This document shows, piece by piece, positions 13,561 to 26,300 of a stretch of 64,000 nt of DNA. The notes below the pieces were generated by a model, which saw only the letters and a list, made by a program, of their open reading frames with translations, did no database searches and was not told the origin of the DNA. Each line of letters starts with the position of its first letter. The first letter of the stretch is position 1. Both the position numbers and the translations under genes were made by a program. Source of the stretch: Amphiscolops sp. MND2022 (Eukaryota); the NCBI GenBank assembly GCA_964187785.1, contig OZ076409.1, positions 20,152,001-20,216,000 of the forward strand, given 5' to 3'.

Positions 13561-14047
13561 GGGTTCAATCGTAGAGTCCATGTTTTCTTGTTCTTTATGC
13601 TACTGTGCTTTGTAATACAATGATAAAAGAGATGTTTTAGGCCCAACATGTCGCCTCCGTTTTTTTCCAGCCATGTGCGAGTTTTGTTTTTTTTTGGGGA
13701 AAATCGTTTCATAAAGGAGGTCTTGTTCAGTGGAATTTTTTCAAAAGAGAATCCTTGACGCTTTAAAGTACATTTGCTCTTTTTGAGTCTCAACAGCAGC
13801 GTCGACTGATGTCGTAAACACTGCGGCAGAGGCAGATCTTTTTTAGGTATCATGTGTTCAAAAAATTACGTGGGAGAATGCTTGAACTTTCAACCTTGTA
13901 AAAACCGGTTGTTTTTTTCTCTCGTTGCAGGTATCAAGAATTGGTTCCAACCATTTTCAGTGCAATTATTTTATGCTTTTTTTCTCTATACAATTCATTC
14001 AGTTTAAAATCATATTCATGAAGAAGAGAATTCAAACTGAGCGGAAC

Positions 14048-14191
14048 CTTGTGGAATGATCCAAAACCGTCATGTATTTTGTTGTTGGCGAGGTTGAGGC
14101 GACAGACGAACGTGTTTCTGAGCAACATCTCTGCAACAACTCTGCAGCTGTCATCTTCCAGGAAGTTCCCAGACAAATCCACTTCTTCTAC
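14048..14191 (-). CDS. LRR gene exon (VEEVDLSGNFLEDDSCRVVAEMLLRNTFVCRLNLANNKIHDGFGSFHK)
   Basis: Acceptor tcacttag, donor AAG|gttccg; 144 nt; two RNI-like LxxLxLxxNxL repeats. Confidence 0.9.
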
Positions 14192-14478
14192 CTAAGTGAA
14201 TATAGGAAAATGAGCATTATTGTTAACAACGGAAGCAAAGTTCAACCTCTCAGCAATTGTTGCTTGTAAATGAACATGTATTCTTCTAATCAAATATAAA
14301 TATTTTGTTGTCAAAGTTGTTCAAAACACAACTCACAATATGACACTGAATAGGCTTACTACAAGCTATTGTATGCCCTGAGATGTTCTGGTAACCCGAT
14401 TTGTCTTAAGTTGATGGAATCTTTTTGCATAAAGCCAATTGGAAAGTTGATCTTCCACTACGGTTTCAAAACGGTCTC

Positions 14479-15023
14479 TTTTTAGTCGGCACTTTATGAA
14501 ATGAAACGCAACTATTATAGTGGCTTTTCATCGTTTTTTTTTCAATCGAAATGACCATAAAAATTACACAAAACTATGCAAATTGTCAAATTGGCTCAAA
14601 GGGTCCTCCTTTTCATTTTTCAACCCTATTATTAATTTCCGCCCCACAATTTATCGTGTAGGGGAGGAAAATTATAATGTGTTGCGTTTGTTTTACCGAT
14701 TCTGCCAAATCTCCACGAGCTCCATCGACTTCAGTTAGTTACTAATTTAGTTACTTCGGCTCAGTTGGTAGCGCATCCGACTATCAGGCAGTTAGGAAGG
14801 CGGAAAATATCCCGGTGCTTAGCGGGTGTTTTGTTATTTGAAATAATATGTAGATTTTTGGCACTGTGAGACTTTTTATCAAAAAGATATCAATATGACA
14901 AGAAAGTCCCCATTTCGGTTTTTAGGCACTGAGAGTTTGAGGTTTTTTTAACAGTTCATTTGAAGTTCTTGCGCTTTTTGAGCTTTAAGAGGGGCGCTGA
15001 TTTATGCGGTTTTGGCTTTGTTT
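14479..15023 (+). mobile_element. HINE family 1 copy containing a nested family 2 copy (14633-14835)
   Basis: Starts tttttagtcggcac; degenerate 3' end ggcgctgatttatgcggttttggctttgtttt. Confidence 0.6.
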
Positions 15024-15403
15024 TTACAAAATGCTATTGTTTTTCTTGTAAATTATTGCCATTTTTATGCTGGAAAATAATTTTTCTTAGCGTTTTCGTG
15101 GTTTCAAAGAAAAAACAGGAACGTGTTCAAACAAAACGAAATCATCTCAAACCAATACTCCGTTTTACATCCGCTCAAGATATTTTATGGTTTCTAAGGG
15201 GTGCTTCCAAACAAACCACGACCAAGTCGGGAACCTAAAAACCCAAACGGGTATCCTTTGGACTTGTCTAGTATAGCAAACAAAAGAATAGGTCCTGCGC
15301 GGGATTCAAACCCTTGGACTCCTGCTTCTAGGCCATCATATCAAAAAAATCATGAGCATCCATCCCATAATGCTAACGGTACTTACCCGAATGTTAGACT
15401 TAC

Positions 15404-15553
15404 CCGGGTGTTGCTGCTGAGTCCCTCCATGAGAGCCCCCACCTCTCGCACATTCATGCTTCTGTTGGGAATGAGGATGGCGTCTCCGTCCAAGTTTTTC
15501 ATCACGTGGTTGTCTGGGGTGATCTGCAGGTGTTTGCAAGCCGATTCATAGAT
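15404..15553 (-). CDS. LRR gene exon (IYESACKHLQITPDNHVMKNLDG...GALMEGLSSNTR), LRRC74-like N-cap
   Basis: Acceptor ggtctttcag, donor CGG|gtaagt; 150 nt, phase 0/0. The YxxACxxLxIxP...ALxxxLxxNT pattern resembles LRRC74A/B-type proteins. Confidence 0.85.
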
Positions 15554-16034
15554 CTGAAAGACCAATTAATTGCACCGAATTTCAAACCGGCACCCTTCAT
15601 TCTTTTGCCTACTTTTAGAGAATGAACTGTTCTCAAGAAGGAGTTCATCGCATTTAAAAAACGATTTTGAAATTATGTGTTTCATAACTTTTCGCAAGTA
15701 TCGATAGTACTTTCAATTCCACCGAAGTTGGTTGTTTTTGAAATGAAAGCTGAACTCCGAGCTTTGGCATGCATACTTTTTATTGAATAACTGAATTGGC
15801 AATGACCTAACGTTTTTGGTATGACCTAATAGAATTCTGATGCTCAAAAATACCAGGCATGCTCAAAATCTAATGCTAAACTTCCACTTGCGATGCCATT
15901 ACTTGACTGTAATGATTCTTTATAAAGTAAATTACAATTGTATTACAAGCATCTTCAAGCATCTTACGACGTCACCAGAAACTATTTAAAAGGCACAGTG
16001 GCACTTGGAAACTTTCGTTAATCATTCACTTTGA

Positions 16035-16423
16035 GGGGGAGCATGGCCTAGTGGTTAGAGCATTCGACCTGTACTGGGGCGGTATCAGGTTCGAATCTCT
16101 CTCAACTCACCATTGTTGGGCCTTGAGCAAGTCTTTCATCCTTAGCTTAGTGGTATGGTCAGTGACAAAAAATAACGCATTTGGCGGAGAAAAGCAAAAT
16201 AAAAAGAGCAACGGTGAGCAGTCAGACCTTTGTGACCTTGAGCAAGTCACTCTGAAACCACAGCTTCAAGTCCACCATTGCTTGACCACTTGGCTGCAAA
16301 TATGGTACCATATGGTAGCTTGCTATGGGGAGATAGTATCCGAAAGGGCGCCGACTTAGAAAAGCAGAACTGCTTATTCGGCGTCCACCCCGCGGAATTG
16401 GGGAAATAAACATTCTTCTTCTT
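16035..16423 (+). mobile_element. tRNA-derived SINE
   Basis: A box tggcctagtgg, B box ggttcgaatc, two ccttgagcaagtc motifs (V-SINE-like), AATAAA then a (ttc)n tail; ctttga on both flanks. Confidence 0.8.
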
Positions 16424-16646
16424 CTTTGAAAAACTGATTAAAACTCCGAAACATAAATTCTTGAAAGCCGTTTTAAAAACTCACTCTGTTCTTCATGAGA
16501 AGAAAATGTTATTAACCATACGACACTGTTTAAAATTCAAAGAAATTCCTACTTATGACGTCAGATTACCCTTTCAAGATTTTTAAACAAACATTGTTTT
16601 TTTCTGAAATAATATTCCAGTATATTTGTGACCTAAGAGTTCTTAC

Positions 16647-16768
16647 CGCCCTACAGTTACCATCGTAGATTTTGAGGTAGTTGGCCTGCTTGTTGTGGTT
16701 CAGCTTCAGGTAGTCACTCACGTCTTCCAGGTCTGAGGACAAATATTCCTCCTCCTCCGGTTCCTCTT
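16647..16768 (-). CDS. LRR gene exon (EEPEEEEYLSSDLEDVSDYLKLNHNKQANYLKIYDGNCRA)
   Basis: Acceptor tttttttacaag, donor GCG|gtaaga; 122 nt, phase 1 to 0; joins in frame to the next exon. Confidence 0.75.
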
Positions 16769-18758
16769 CTTGTAAAAAAATAGAGATCAGATATGTTGTA
16801 TGCTTCATGAAAAGTGACTTATACTTAGCAGAACTACAAAACTTTTGATGAGTGGATTCCGCAAAAACCTGAAATTCCGAAGCATTTGGCAAAGTAATTT
16901 TGGGTATAGAAGAGACAAAAATTTAAACTTCTATGAACTTCTAACAGTCCGTGAGACTGGTACTCTTACTATCTTTTAATTACCGTCTGATTTCCGTAAT
17001 GATTCCAGGCCGATCATGGCAAGATCATGGTAAGAAAATTTGTATGATTTCTATGGTGCCATAATATGGTCAGATTATGATCGGCCTGGTCGGGAAACCT
17101 GGGATATGTTATGCATATTGGATTGAAATCCGAGAAGTGAACTCACTATTGAATCTTGTTTCCTGTCTTATCCTAAGGTAGAACTATGATGAGAAACAAC
17201 AGTAACAGCAATGTACAATAGAGAAAGAACACGAAAGTGCTAGATGCAGGGCAAAAAAAAACGTTTTTGACTATGACCGAAATTTTCCAGATCTAGTTTT
17301 CTAATATAGAATTCACGTCTATCAAACGAAGTGAAGTACATTCCCCAGGTGCAGTGCTACAAGCTCGAACGTTTTGGGATTATAATCACAAATTTTTTTG
17401 ATGGTAAGAGGTTGCTTACTGGAGTATTTCGGGTTAAACCAATCCGCCGAAGCTACCCTATGAGAACCGATGGAGCGTACAAAAAGTTCAAAGGACTTTG
17501 TAACCACTTGGAACGATGCTATCGCGACTGTTGAAAAAATTCTTCAATCAAAATTTCCACCTTGGAATGTCACTTAGGTTCCAGGATTGCCACTGGGACC
17601 ACAGCTTTCAACCACTTCCGAAAAGACATCAGCCATTTTCTCTTAATATGTTTGGCCGAACCAGATGGAATTTCTCAACATTTGTCCTAAAAGAACGTTG
17701 ATGTGGTTTTTCAAACCAATGCAAAGGGGTCGCTTTTTCGCAAGAGAAAGTGTTTCACGATAGCTCAATGCAACGATCCAATGCTACTAGGTCATGGATT
17801 CCGTAATTACTTGTTAGAAGATACTGCTGTTTCGGTTTTGCTTGGGACTGATTAGCCTAGTATTTCCCTCGAAATATTTTGACTCAGACTAACTCTGAAG
17901 AAAGGGCGTGTCCTCTGCAAACGGACCAAAAGCAACCGCCTTACTCATGTCTTTCAGAACAACCATGAGGTAAAGAATTCAATTACAGGAGTGAAAAATC
18001 CAACTATATCAATAATGATACCTCACATATGTGGCAAAACTCTGCGTCATTGTGCTGATGGGTGTTCCACAGAAAGAGAGAAAACGAGACAGAGAGACAC
18101 GGGCGGAGAGAAAGCAAGCGAAAAAACCAAAACAGAAATCATTATAAGGGCGAATGTTGAGTTTTGTGTCTCTGGGCCAAAACTTGTTGTTCGTACATTC
18201 GACTCCTTTGCATTATTTTGTGTGAAATTGGACTCAAACAATTCCGGTATTTTCACTCAGTTTGCCATATAAGATCGGCTATCAGTCGCCTCTCACATGT
18301 CTTTGACAGCTTCCAAGACGGGCCCATTTTCCAACTTTTGGTAGTCCCGATTTTAGGAACAGAAATCATGGTGCCATAATTGTCCGTATCTAAATGTTTT
18401 ACGAAACCTTCATCAATTGGGAATGAAGTCCCGCCATGCGTCGACACCAGTCCTTCATTCATTCTGTTGAGATTCATTCAAGATAATTTTTATTGTTTGA
18501 CTTTGAGTTGCCTAACACAATCGGAAAACTTTCAAATTCTCTCAGTTCAAAAGCATTAAGTATATATCGACGTTCTTTCTTGATATATTATTGAGTTATT
18601 GCTCAAGAAGATTTCACTTTGTCGCGTTGAGGACGCATTCATCGAAATCCAGTTAGTTGTAAGTTCATATTTCCTATATAATTTATAAAATTTGGTAATT
18701 TTACCAATGCTACACTACCAAGAAAGATATTTAACTTTTACTGTCTTTACCAATTAGT

Positions 18759-19154
18759 CAAATGCTTCTAATAATAACTACTTATATATCTCCTACTGTT
18801 TTTAGTCGGCGCTTTTTCCCTTGAAGAAAAAAGCGCGACTAATAGTGACGAGTTTTTCAAATGCTTCTAATAACAACTACTTATATATCTCCCACTATTT
18901 TTAGTCGGCGCTTTTTCCCTTGAAGAAAAAAGCGCGACTAATAGTGACGAGTTTTTGAAATGTTTCTATTAATAACTACTTATATATCTTCTACTATTTT
19001 TAGTCAGCGCTTTTTCCCTTGAAGCAAAATACCCGACTAATAGTGACGAGTTTTTCAAATGCTTCTAATAATAACTACTTATATATCTCCTACTATTTTT
19101 AGTCGGCGCGTTTTCCCTTGAAGAAAAAAGCCCGACTAATAGTGACGAGTTTTT
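18759..19154 (+). repeat. Tandem array of 4 x 99 bp
   Basis: Units start at 18759, 18858, 18957 and 19056; each is ~40 bp of flank plus a HINE 5' terminus. Confidence 0.95.
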
Positions 19155-19839
19155 CGTCAGGTAACAGAATGTTTGCGCATTGACACTTTTTGCAGAAACT
19201 AATAAAACTATTAAACCAACGTACCGGTCAAGCCTGGCCAGCGAAAATGCATCTGAAGTAGTGCAAAAGGTCTCCCCTCTCATTTTTTTCAACGTAACAG
19301 AAAACCGAACGAGACTAAAGGGTCCCAAATATTTTAATATGTTGCAACAGAACGGATGTTACAAAATCTCAAAGATTCCTCCTTGTACATTTTTTGGAAC
19401 TATGAGACTGTTCAAAATTCTCATTTTATGTCTCATTTTACGTTTTCTCAAAATATGTCCAGAATTTTTTTTCAATACTATCCGAATTTTGAGGGGGAGG
19501 TTCGATATTTCAACGTTATATCCGAAGGATATTGCTTTTTACTAAGGAGGAAGCGGAGGCTCGAACACAAGCGCTATCATTTGTCCCAGCACGCTATATG
19601 CGAACGTTTAACGTTATATCCGTAGTAGTTTGCGTTTTACTGAGGAGGAGCCGTAAGATCAAATAAGCGTTGGTATTTGTCTCAGGACGCTTTTGAAGCG
19701 TTTTTCGAGCACGAAAGGCGCCCTTTTGGTGTTTCGAAGTTTTATGTGAATATTTCATAAACGTCCTGAGCAAACTGTCAAAGCTTTGCACTTCCTGAGC
19801 CTTAGTTATAGCGCCGACTTTTGACGTTCCCGTCTTGTT
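19096..19839 (+). mobile_element. HINE family 1 copy
   Basis: tttttagtcggcgc start; gcgccgacttttgacgttcccgtcttgtt end. Confidence 0.7.
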
Positions 19840-19869
19840 CAACTACTATGTAACTCGTTTGATAAATTG

Positions 19870-20280
19870 GGTTCTTTTCTGTTTTCCCCCCCACCACCAA
19901 AATTTTTGAAAATACCTTTCCTTAAAAACTTTAGACTATCCTAATTAAAAGTAAAACCTTCTTTCATAACAGGAAGTTAACTTTTATTAGAGTAGTTTTC
20001 CGCTTGAACAAAACATTGTTCACGCATTTTGACTATAATTATGTTCTTATTAAGTGTCTATTGATGACTCAAAACAGGAAGCTGTTGATTTTTTCATCAT
20101 AAAAAGCGTGACTGCATATGGAAAAAGTGTGAACAAAGTTTGTATCTGAATCATAAACTTTCACCTTGAGAATAAGTTTAAAACTGAAGCTTTCTGGTTT
20201 GTATTCAAATCTATTTATTATAATATTTTCACTAATTTTCCAAAAAAAATTGGTGGTGGGGGGGAAAACAGAAAAGAGCC
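19870..20280. mobile_element. MITE A, GG...CC termini with 8 bp TSD (Merlin-like)
   Basis: ~40 bp TIRs ggttcttttctgttttccccccc / gggggggaaaacagaaaagagcc; exact ATAAATTG on both flanks. Confidence 0.9.
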
Positions 20281-21187
20281 ATAAATTGATAGTCAAAAAG
20301 TGGGAGTTATTTTTTTCAAATGTAAATTTTATATCAAATGAAGTTAGTTTTGTGTACCGGAAAAATATGAAATACAACGACGATAGTTGTATGAATTTTT
20401 ATCAAGAAGTTTGATTCCCAGAAATGTGGGTAGATAGAAAAGAACCCCAAGTTTAAAAATAACCGACGTGTTAAAACGTGGATGATGCTGTATATACTGT
20501 CCTTATATTTTATCACCTGTTGCGTGAAAATTATCTCTAGTTTTTTACCAATGATTTACATGCTGTCATTGGAAATGAATGCGTTTTAAAATGAATACTA
20601 CTTCAAGCTTCGGTTGACGTGGAAACACGCATTTTCCTATTGTTCTTTTTTTGCTACAATAGTTTCGCTTAGCTGTTTAGTTCAAAGTTGAAAGTATAAT
20701 AGCTATAATTGGTCTGACGAAAATGTTTCTGAGCATTATATATATTTCAGTGAAGCGACAACGTGGAAAACCAACCATTTTCGTTAATTTCATCGGAGTC
20801 TAGAGATGCGACGATCGGCTGTGAGGTATAATAACTAGAGTAAGTTTTATCCCCTGTTGTCGAGTAGGCAAAACTTTTCTCTTCCGCTGTCTGTTCTTCG
20901 GACATTTTTCTTGCAGTTTCTTTTTATTATACTACGAAATTTGATATTTTGGCACGTGTCTTTTTCTGCTAAAGTAATCAATCAGAATTCGAAATTCATC
21001 AAAAACAAGAAGCTCAAAAGTGGCAACGGTTCCTCGATGAGAAACAAGCACGGTGTAGAGGATCTCCTATACACGAACCGACTATCACTTTGGAACTTGG
21101 CTTTTTTCTGTTTTCCCCCACCGTCAAAATTTTTGAAAGTAAATTTCCCTAAAATTTCAGACTAGACTAATTAGAAGTAAATTTCTT

Positions 21188-21372
21188 GGATCTTCTTTGC
21201 TAATGTCTCCCAGCCTATTGCCAGAAAATCTATCTGTCCCCCAAAAATGTCACGGTCAAAATAGCCACCTACGCGGAAATAAATCAATTATCAAAACGGA
21301 ATGCTCGCATGTTTGCACGATGTCGTGAACAGAAAAGCAATAAACTTGTGGGGGCATTAGCAAATAAGATCC
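21188..21372. mobile_element. MITE C (185 bp) nested in MITE A
   Basis: TIR ggatcttctttgctaatgtctccca / tgggggcattagcaaataagatcc; flanks aatttctt / aattttct. Confidence 0.75.
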
Positions 21373-22077
21373 AATTTTCTCCCATAACAGGAAATTAACG
21401 TCTATTAGAATAGTTTTTGGGCTCTTTTTCCTTTTCCCCACACTTTTTAAAGAAGAAAACAAACTCAACATAAAGGATTATATTTGACTATATCATTCAA
21501 AATTTCTTCAAATTAGTCTTACTTTGTTTTGTTGTCTCCACATGAACTCACACAAGTAACTGTCAACCATACTTCTTCAATTCATTTTTGAGAGTCAAAA
21601 TAAAGCCGGAAGTGAATTAAACAAATTTTTCAAAAAATTTGTCAATATTCAAAAGAGACTATTTTTTAAATTAAATGAACTGTTTCATTGGAAACTCAAT
21701 TGAGATATAATTAATTGCAACAAGCCGGAAACGGCATACATCGGCGCCATATCTAAAGCTCAGAAATAGCAAAAGGACTTCAAACTGTCGAGTATTCCTT
21801 ACTTTACAAGTATTCTTTACAAGTATTCAGTACCTGAAAAACCCAAGAAGTTTGACCGAATTTGGACCCGGTGGGCTAAAAGGGGGATCCTTTTGGATTT
21901 TTAACATCCCACGTTGCAAAACATCTAAAAGTTGAAGGGGGCCCTTTAATGATACATTTTTTTTCAAAAAAAGTCTCACAAAGCCGAAAAAACTGAAAGG
22001 GGAGAACATTTGACTTTTCAACATCCATTCTATCACAGAACATTGAAGGGGGACCATTTGGAATTTTTTCGAAAAAA

Positions 22078-22803
22078 TGTAACGTCCGGCTAGCGGTGCA
22101 CATCTAGGAAGAGGGACAATGCCTAGGATGCTTAAACAGGAGACCGTTGTCTTACTACATACCTAGACACTAGTTTTTGGTCACAAAATGGTCTCCTAGG
22201 GGGACCTTTCTCATCGTCCAAAGAGGCTTCTCTAGTTAGAGCTCCGAAGCGACGCGCCGGCACTCTCAAAGTCCGGACACTCCCCACAAGCCTGTAAAAA
22301 CGTATCCTAAGGTTTCTAGCACGTTCCTACGACTTCCTACATACTTCCAAGGTCCAAAAAAGGGTCTATCTGAAATACATTGTATTTGGTAAATAAGTTC
22401 TAAAATACAGACCTAGTAGGTCTAGCATCACCCAAAACCTTGACAAATGATAACAAAATACGGGGACAAGCCCCAACAACATTACATTACAGTTTAGGAT
22501 GCTTCATCTACTCGGCCTCTGGCGTCGTTCTTCACTTTCGGGTGTCTTCTCGGAGAGATGGCACAACATTCCGATTGGGTTGATCTTTTCTTCTGCTGAA
22601 TTCTCCTTCTTCTCCATCTCATTCTTCTTTCTTATTTTTTGATATTTTCTCACGTGCTTTCTTTTTTGCTCTAGTTTCGCGCTCTTTTTTCTCTCGTTCA
22701 CGTCTTGGTACCTGCTAGGTCGGCCATTTTGAATGTGCTGTTTTGATATCGCACATTTCGAAATTTTCATCGAAATTTTGTCATGCCGTTGGATGACGTT
22801 ACA
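22078..22803 (-). repeat. 3' LTR (726 bp)
   Basis: Matches 40348-41070 with roughly 27 substitutions and 2 small indels by eye (about 96%); 9 bp terminal inverted repeat. Confidence 0.97.
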
Positions 22804-22811
22804 TCCTCCCC
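22804..22811 (-). other. Polypurine tract
   Basis: Minus strand reads GGGGAGGA immediately before the TGT of the 3' LTR. Confidence 0.8.
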
Positions 22812-23371
22812 GGGCCGTAGTTTGTCGTCCTCGGCAAACGAGAGGGTTATCATACCCAGAGGGTAACTGCGATGAGTATCGGCTAGACACTCAGACAAAA
22901 CCCTTTTGTTTTCATTTCTCCCCTTTTTTTGTTTCCTAGTTTTTCTCTTATTTCTTCCTTTCGCACTAGCTTTGACAGGCTTTAATAAGTTTAGGAGTAC
23001 TAGATAACATTACAAGTATGACAGTTGATTTTAAGATTCTATTTGCAGTCTGGGCTAAAAAAAAATTTTTAAAAAAAGTGCTCTTGCACTGCATGAGTAA
23101 CAACACTTGGATCTTGGTAGCAACAGTGAATTACCAGGTTTGAGGGGGTGGACATTGTTTCAGGGCCCAGTAACGCAATGACGATTACAAAAATTTAAGC
23201 GAGTACTTTTCAAAATATAATGTATACAGTGAATATCGCTTGAGGATGCAATGTATATAGCACCAACTGAAAGTAAATGACAAGAGGCCATTCAAACAAT
23301 ACAATGTCTTCATGTTTTGAAAGTAACTGGAATGTTTTTCAGTCTAGTTTCTATTTGGTTAGCTAGCTTCT

Positions 23372-26300
23372 TTATTCGTTATCTTGATTAGGCTGTGGGT
23401 CAGGGATGGATGACGTGTTTGCTGTTTCTGGGTTGGCAGAAGCATCCGCCACCAAGGGAGGATATTGAACAGAGTCATCTATGGTTAGCAGATTGTTTAA
23501 CTCGGATTCAATGTCGGCTGCGTCCATTTGCGATATTCCTGCCTCGGGTTCGTCTTGGGCAGGAGCTGCCCCATCCGATAGAATGAAGTTGTCGTCAGTC
23601 ATTGGCTCATCGTTGGGATCGACGATAACAGATGAAACTTCTTGATCTTCTTCAATTCGTGTTTCAGCTCTGTTCGAGGGTAGTATGACTGTTGATAACT
23701 GTTGTGAACTGCCAGTGGCAGTCGCACTTGTTGTAGCGTTTTGGTCAATAGTATTTCCCTGTGGGAAGTCAGGTAGGCTAATGGCTAATTCTGGGTGACC
23801 ATATTGCACGAATTGACTCTTGGAGATTTGGATTGCACGTGCATAATCTTCGCCAACCGATTGTTCTTGCTGTTTTCGTCTGCTGTGCAGATTTAAGAAT
23901 ATCTCCAACGCAGCGCGCGGATTGCTAGGGACCTCTGTACTGATTGGCAAGGTCTTTTTGTTCGGTTCTCTACCCATCAAGGCTATTTTGGCTTTCATGC
24001 GCAAGGATGTTTGGTGGACAGCCAACTCCACCAATTTTGGTTTTGACCAGCACGTTGTTGCGTCCAGGATCCGAGCTGGGTTACACGAGTGCTGGTTCGA
24101 TTGCAGTACATTCTCGATGTGTCCCAGACATAGGGGTATCGCAACCCGGTGGGTTCTTCACCTCGTTTTCTGCCGCCCAGTCTCTGGACTATTGTGGCTA
24201 GAACTCTCAGGACTACTTCTGCATTCCAGTTTGCGAAAGAGTCTGCGGCGCCTGTCTCTGGATTTAGGGGAATGTGTAGCCATGCAATTGGGTGGAACTC
24301 CATGGGCATTGAGAGGGCGCATCGTGCACGTGCTCGAATAATCGATGCGAAGTTGTGTTCTACTTGTTTCTTGTCTTTAATGATTGTGTAGGCCAAGGGT
24401 GGTCGTAGAGAGGCAAAACTGCTGACTGCTCTTTGGTAGGTAGGACCCCGCTGGGATCCATCTGATATCACAAAGAGTAGAATAGACAAGGTAGGGGCAT
24501 TTGCTGCTACTCGCAGGACCTGCGTCGGTTATTGCAACGCCATAACTGCACCGAAGATTGGCCAAAGTATGGGGGGATTAGGGATATCAGGTCTTCCGTT
24601 TCTACCAGCATGAGTGTGGCCATCTGCGAGGGGATCAAGAAACCTGGGAGGTGGTTGGGTTCTCTGTTGATAGCAGGGTTCTCATCCAGAGGATGCAATA
24701 TTCCTGCAACGTTGACCCAGGTGGAGTAGATCCACGCGAGGAGGGCCTCGATGTTGTGTTCCAGTTGCTTTTTAACTGTAAGGGACCCGCTGGGTCCAGG
24801 GTGTATAAGATTGCTTGTAGCCAATTCTTTTGGTTCTGGGCATACACTAAGAAACTGAAGAAGGATAAGATTCCTCTGTCAAATACGAGTTTTTGGAGAA
24901 GGCCAGAATGTCCTTTGTACACTGTGTGTAGCCCGACTGCCATCAAATATCCCAAGACTTCGCTTATTGTGGCTCCTTGCATAGCTTCCATATATAAGCG
25001 TGTCTGTTGGTCGTCCACGTAATACTCTGCATGTACGAAACTGAGAAGCCAGAACGGGATAATGTTATATAGGAGCACCGGGACTTGATTTAAAGTATCC
25101 GCATCGCAGAGCGACTTGATTTAAAGTTTCGCGCAAGGCTTGGTGCCATGTTTGGTAGGTATGCCTGGGTTCCGTCTCGTTTTGCTTTGCCAGGTTCCGT
25201 GCCATCACTATTAGAAGTGTCTGTGTGGGAGGTATCATTCCGGGTTGCGCGTCTGTTGATCTAGCAGCTATTGGAAACACTGTGGTGTTTATTCTCTCCA
25301 TTTTGATTGTTGCCGTCACCTTGAACAGTGCTAGTAGCTCTTTGTGAAATTTTGGGTCATGTCGTCTAGAGTGGATTCGTCCCTACGTTCGTACCATAAA
25401 TTATCCACGAGGTGTTTGAGCTCTTGTTCATTAGGATCGTTCACCTGACGCACACCATTTCCGTCTAAAGATCTGGACGACATTTGCATCCCATAGTCAT
25501 ACGCTGTCGCCTCGTCCACTAGAAGTTGCGAATTTCCTCTATATCCAGTGTATCCTTGTACGGCCTTGGATACTTCTGCTAAGAAAGCGGGGTAAGAGGC
25601 TTCACAGGGGCGCCATGTTTTCACATTGATTCTGTGGTTTGGCGCTACAGTATAAAAATGCAAGTCCCTTGCATAAGAAGCTTCTAGTACCAGATACAAG
25701 AATTGTTGTTATGCTCTTCGGAGATATATGTACCCAGGGGGTGACACAAACACGGTATCTGTATTTGGCTTTTTGTTTCTCATCCTGGTGGCGACGTTAG
25801 ACATCGTTTCCACAAAGGCTACTACTTCGTCAGTTACGGAACCTTCTGTGAGCCGGGTGTGTTGTATATCAAAATACCTCAATGTTCCTCGCAAGGCGAG
25901 GTGGCCAATCACGTTTGAGTATACCAAGATTGGAGGCAAGGGTATTGTTTCTGCCGCCGCTGGCGTGAATATTTTGTCAGTGACTTCTGCCATCTCGCTG
26001 AGCGAAGTACAGGGCATATTCATCAATCTGACATCCATTAAGGTGTTATTTGCGTTGTACGAGGATTTGATTGTCGAGTCGACGAAGAGTGCAATCGTTG
26101 TTTTCTGTAGCAGATCTTTTCCCATTGGCAGTAGAGTAATTGGGTCTCTAGCGTAAATTCTAGTTTGGAGTTGGTTTTCTCCGAATCTACCAGGCCTTTG
26201 ACGGGTAAGCCGCTCGTTAATGGTTTGTAGCGGTTGGAGGTAAGAAGACTCATCTCTCTGTAAATCCCTTCCGAGACGTTCAAACCATGGCGGGGTTCCA

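Noticed and set aside
16035..16110. Functional tRNA gene
   Set aside because: No closing acceptor stem; it continues into a SINE body and tail.
18759..19154. CRISPR-like repeat array
   Set aside because: Whole 99 bp units repeat with no unique spacers, no cas genes, eukaryotic context.
22504..22890. K/E-rich ORF crossing into the LTR
   Set aside because: Arises from the purine-rich LTR tract; the other LTR has a 2 nt indel in the same stretch.
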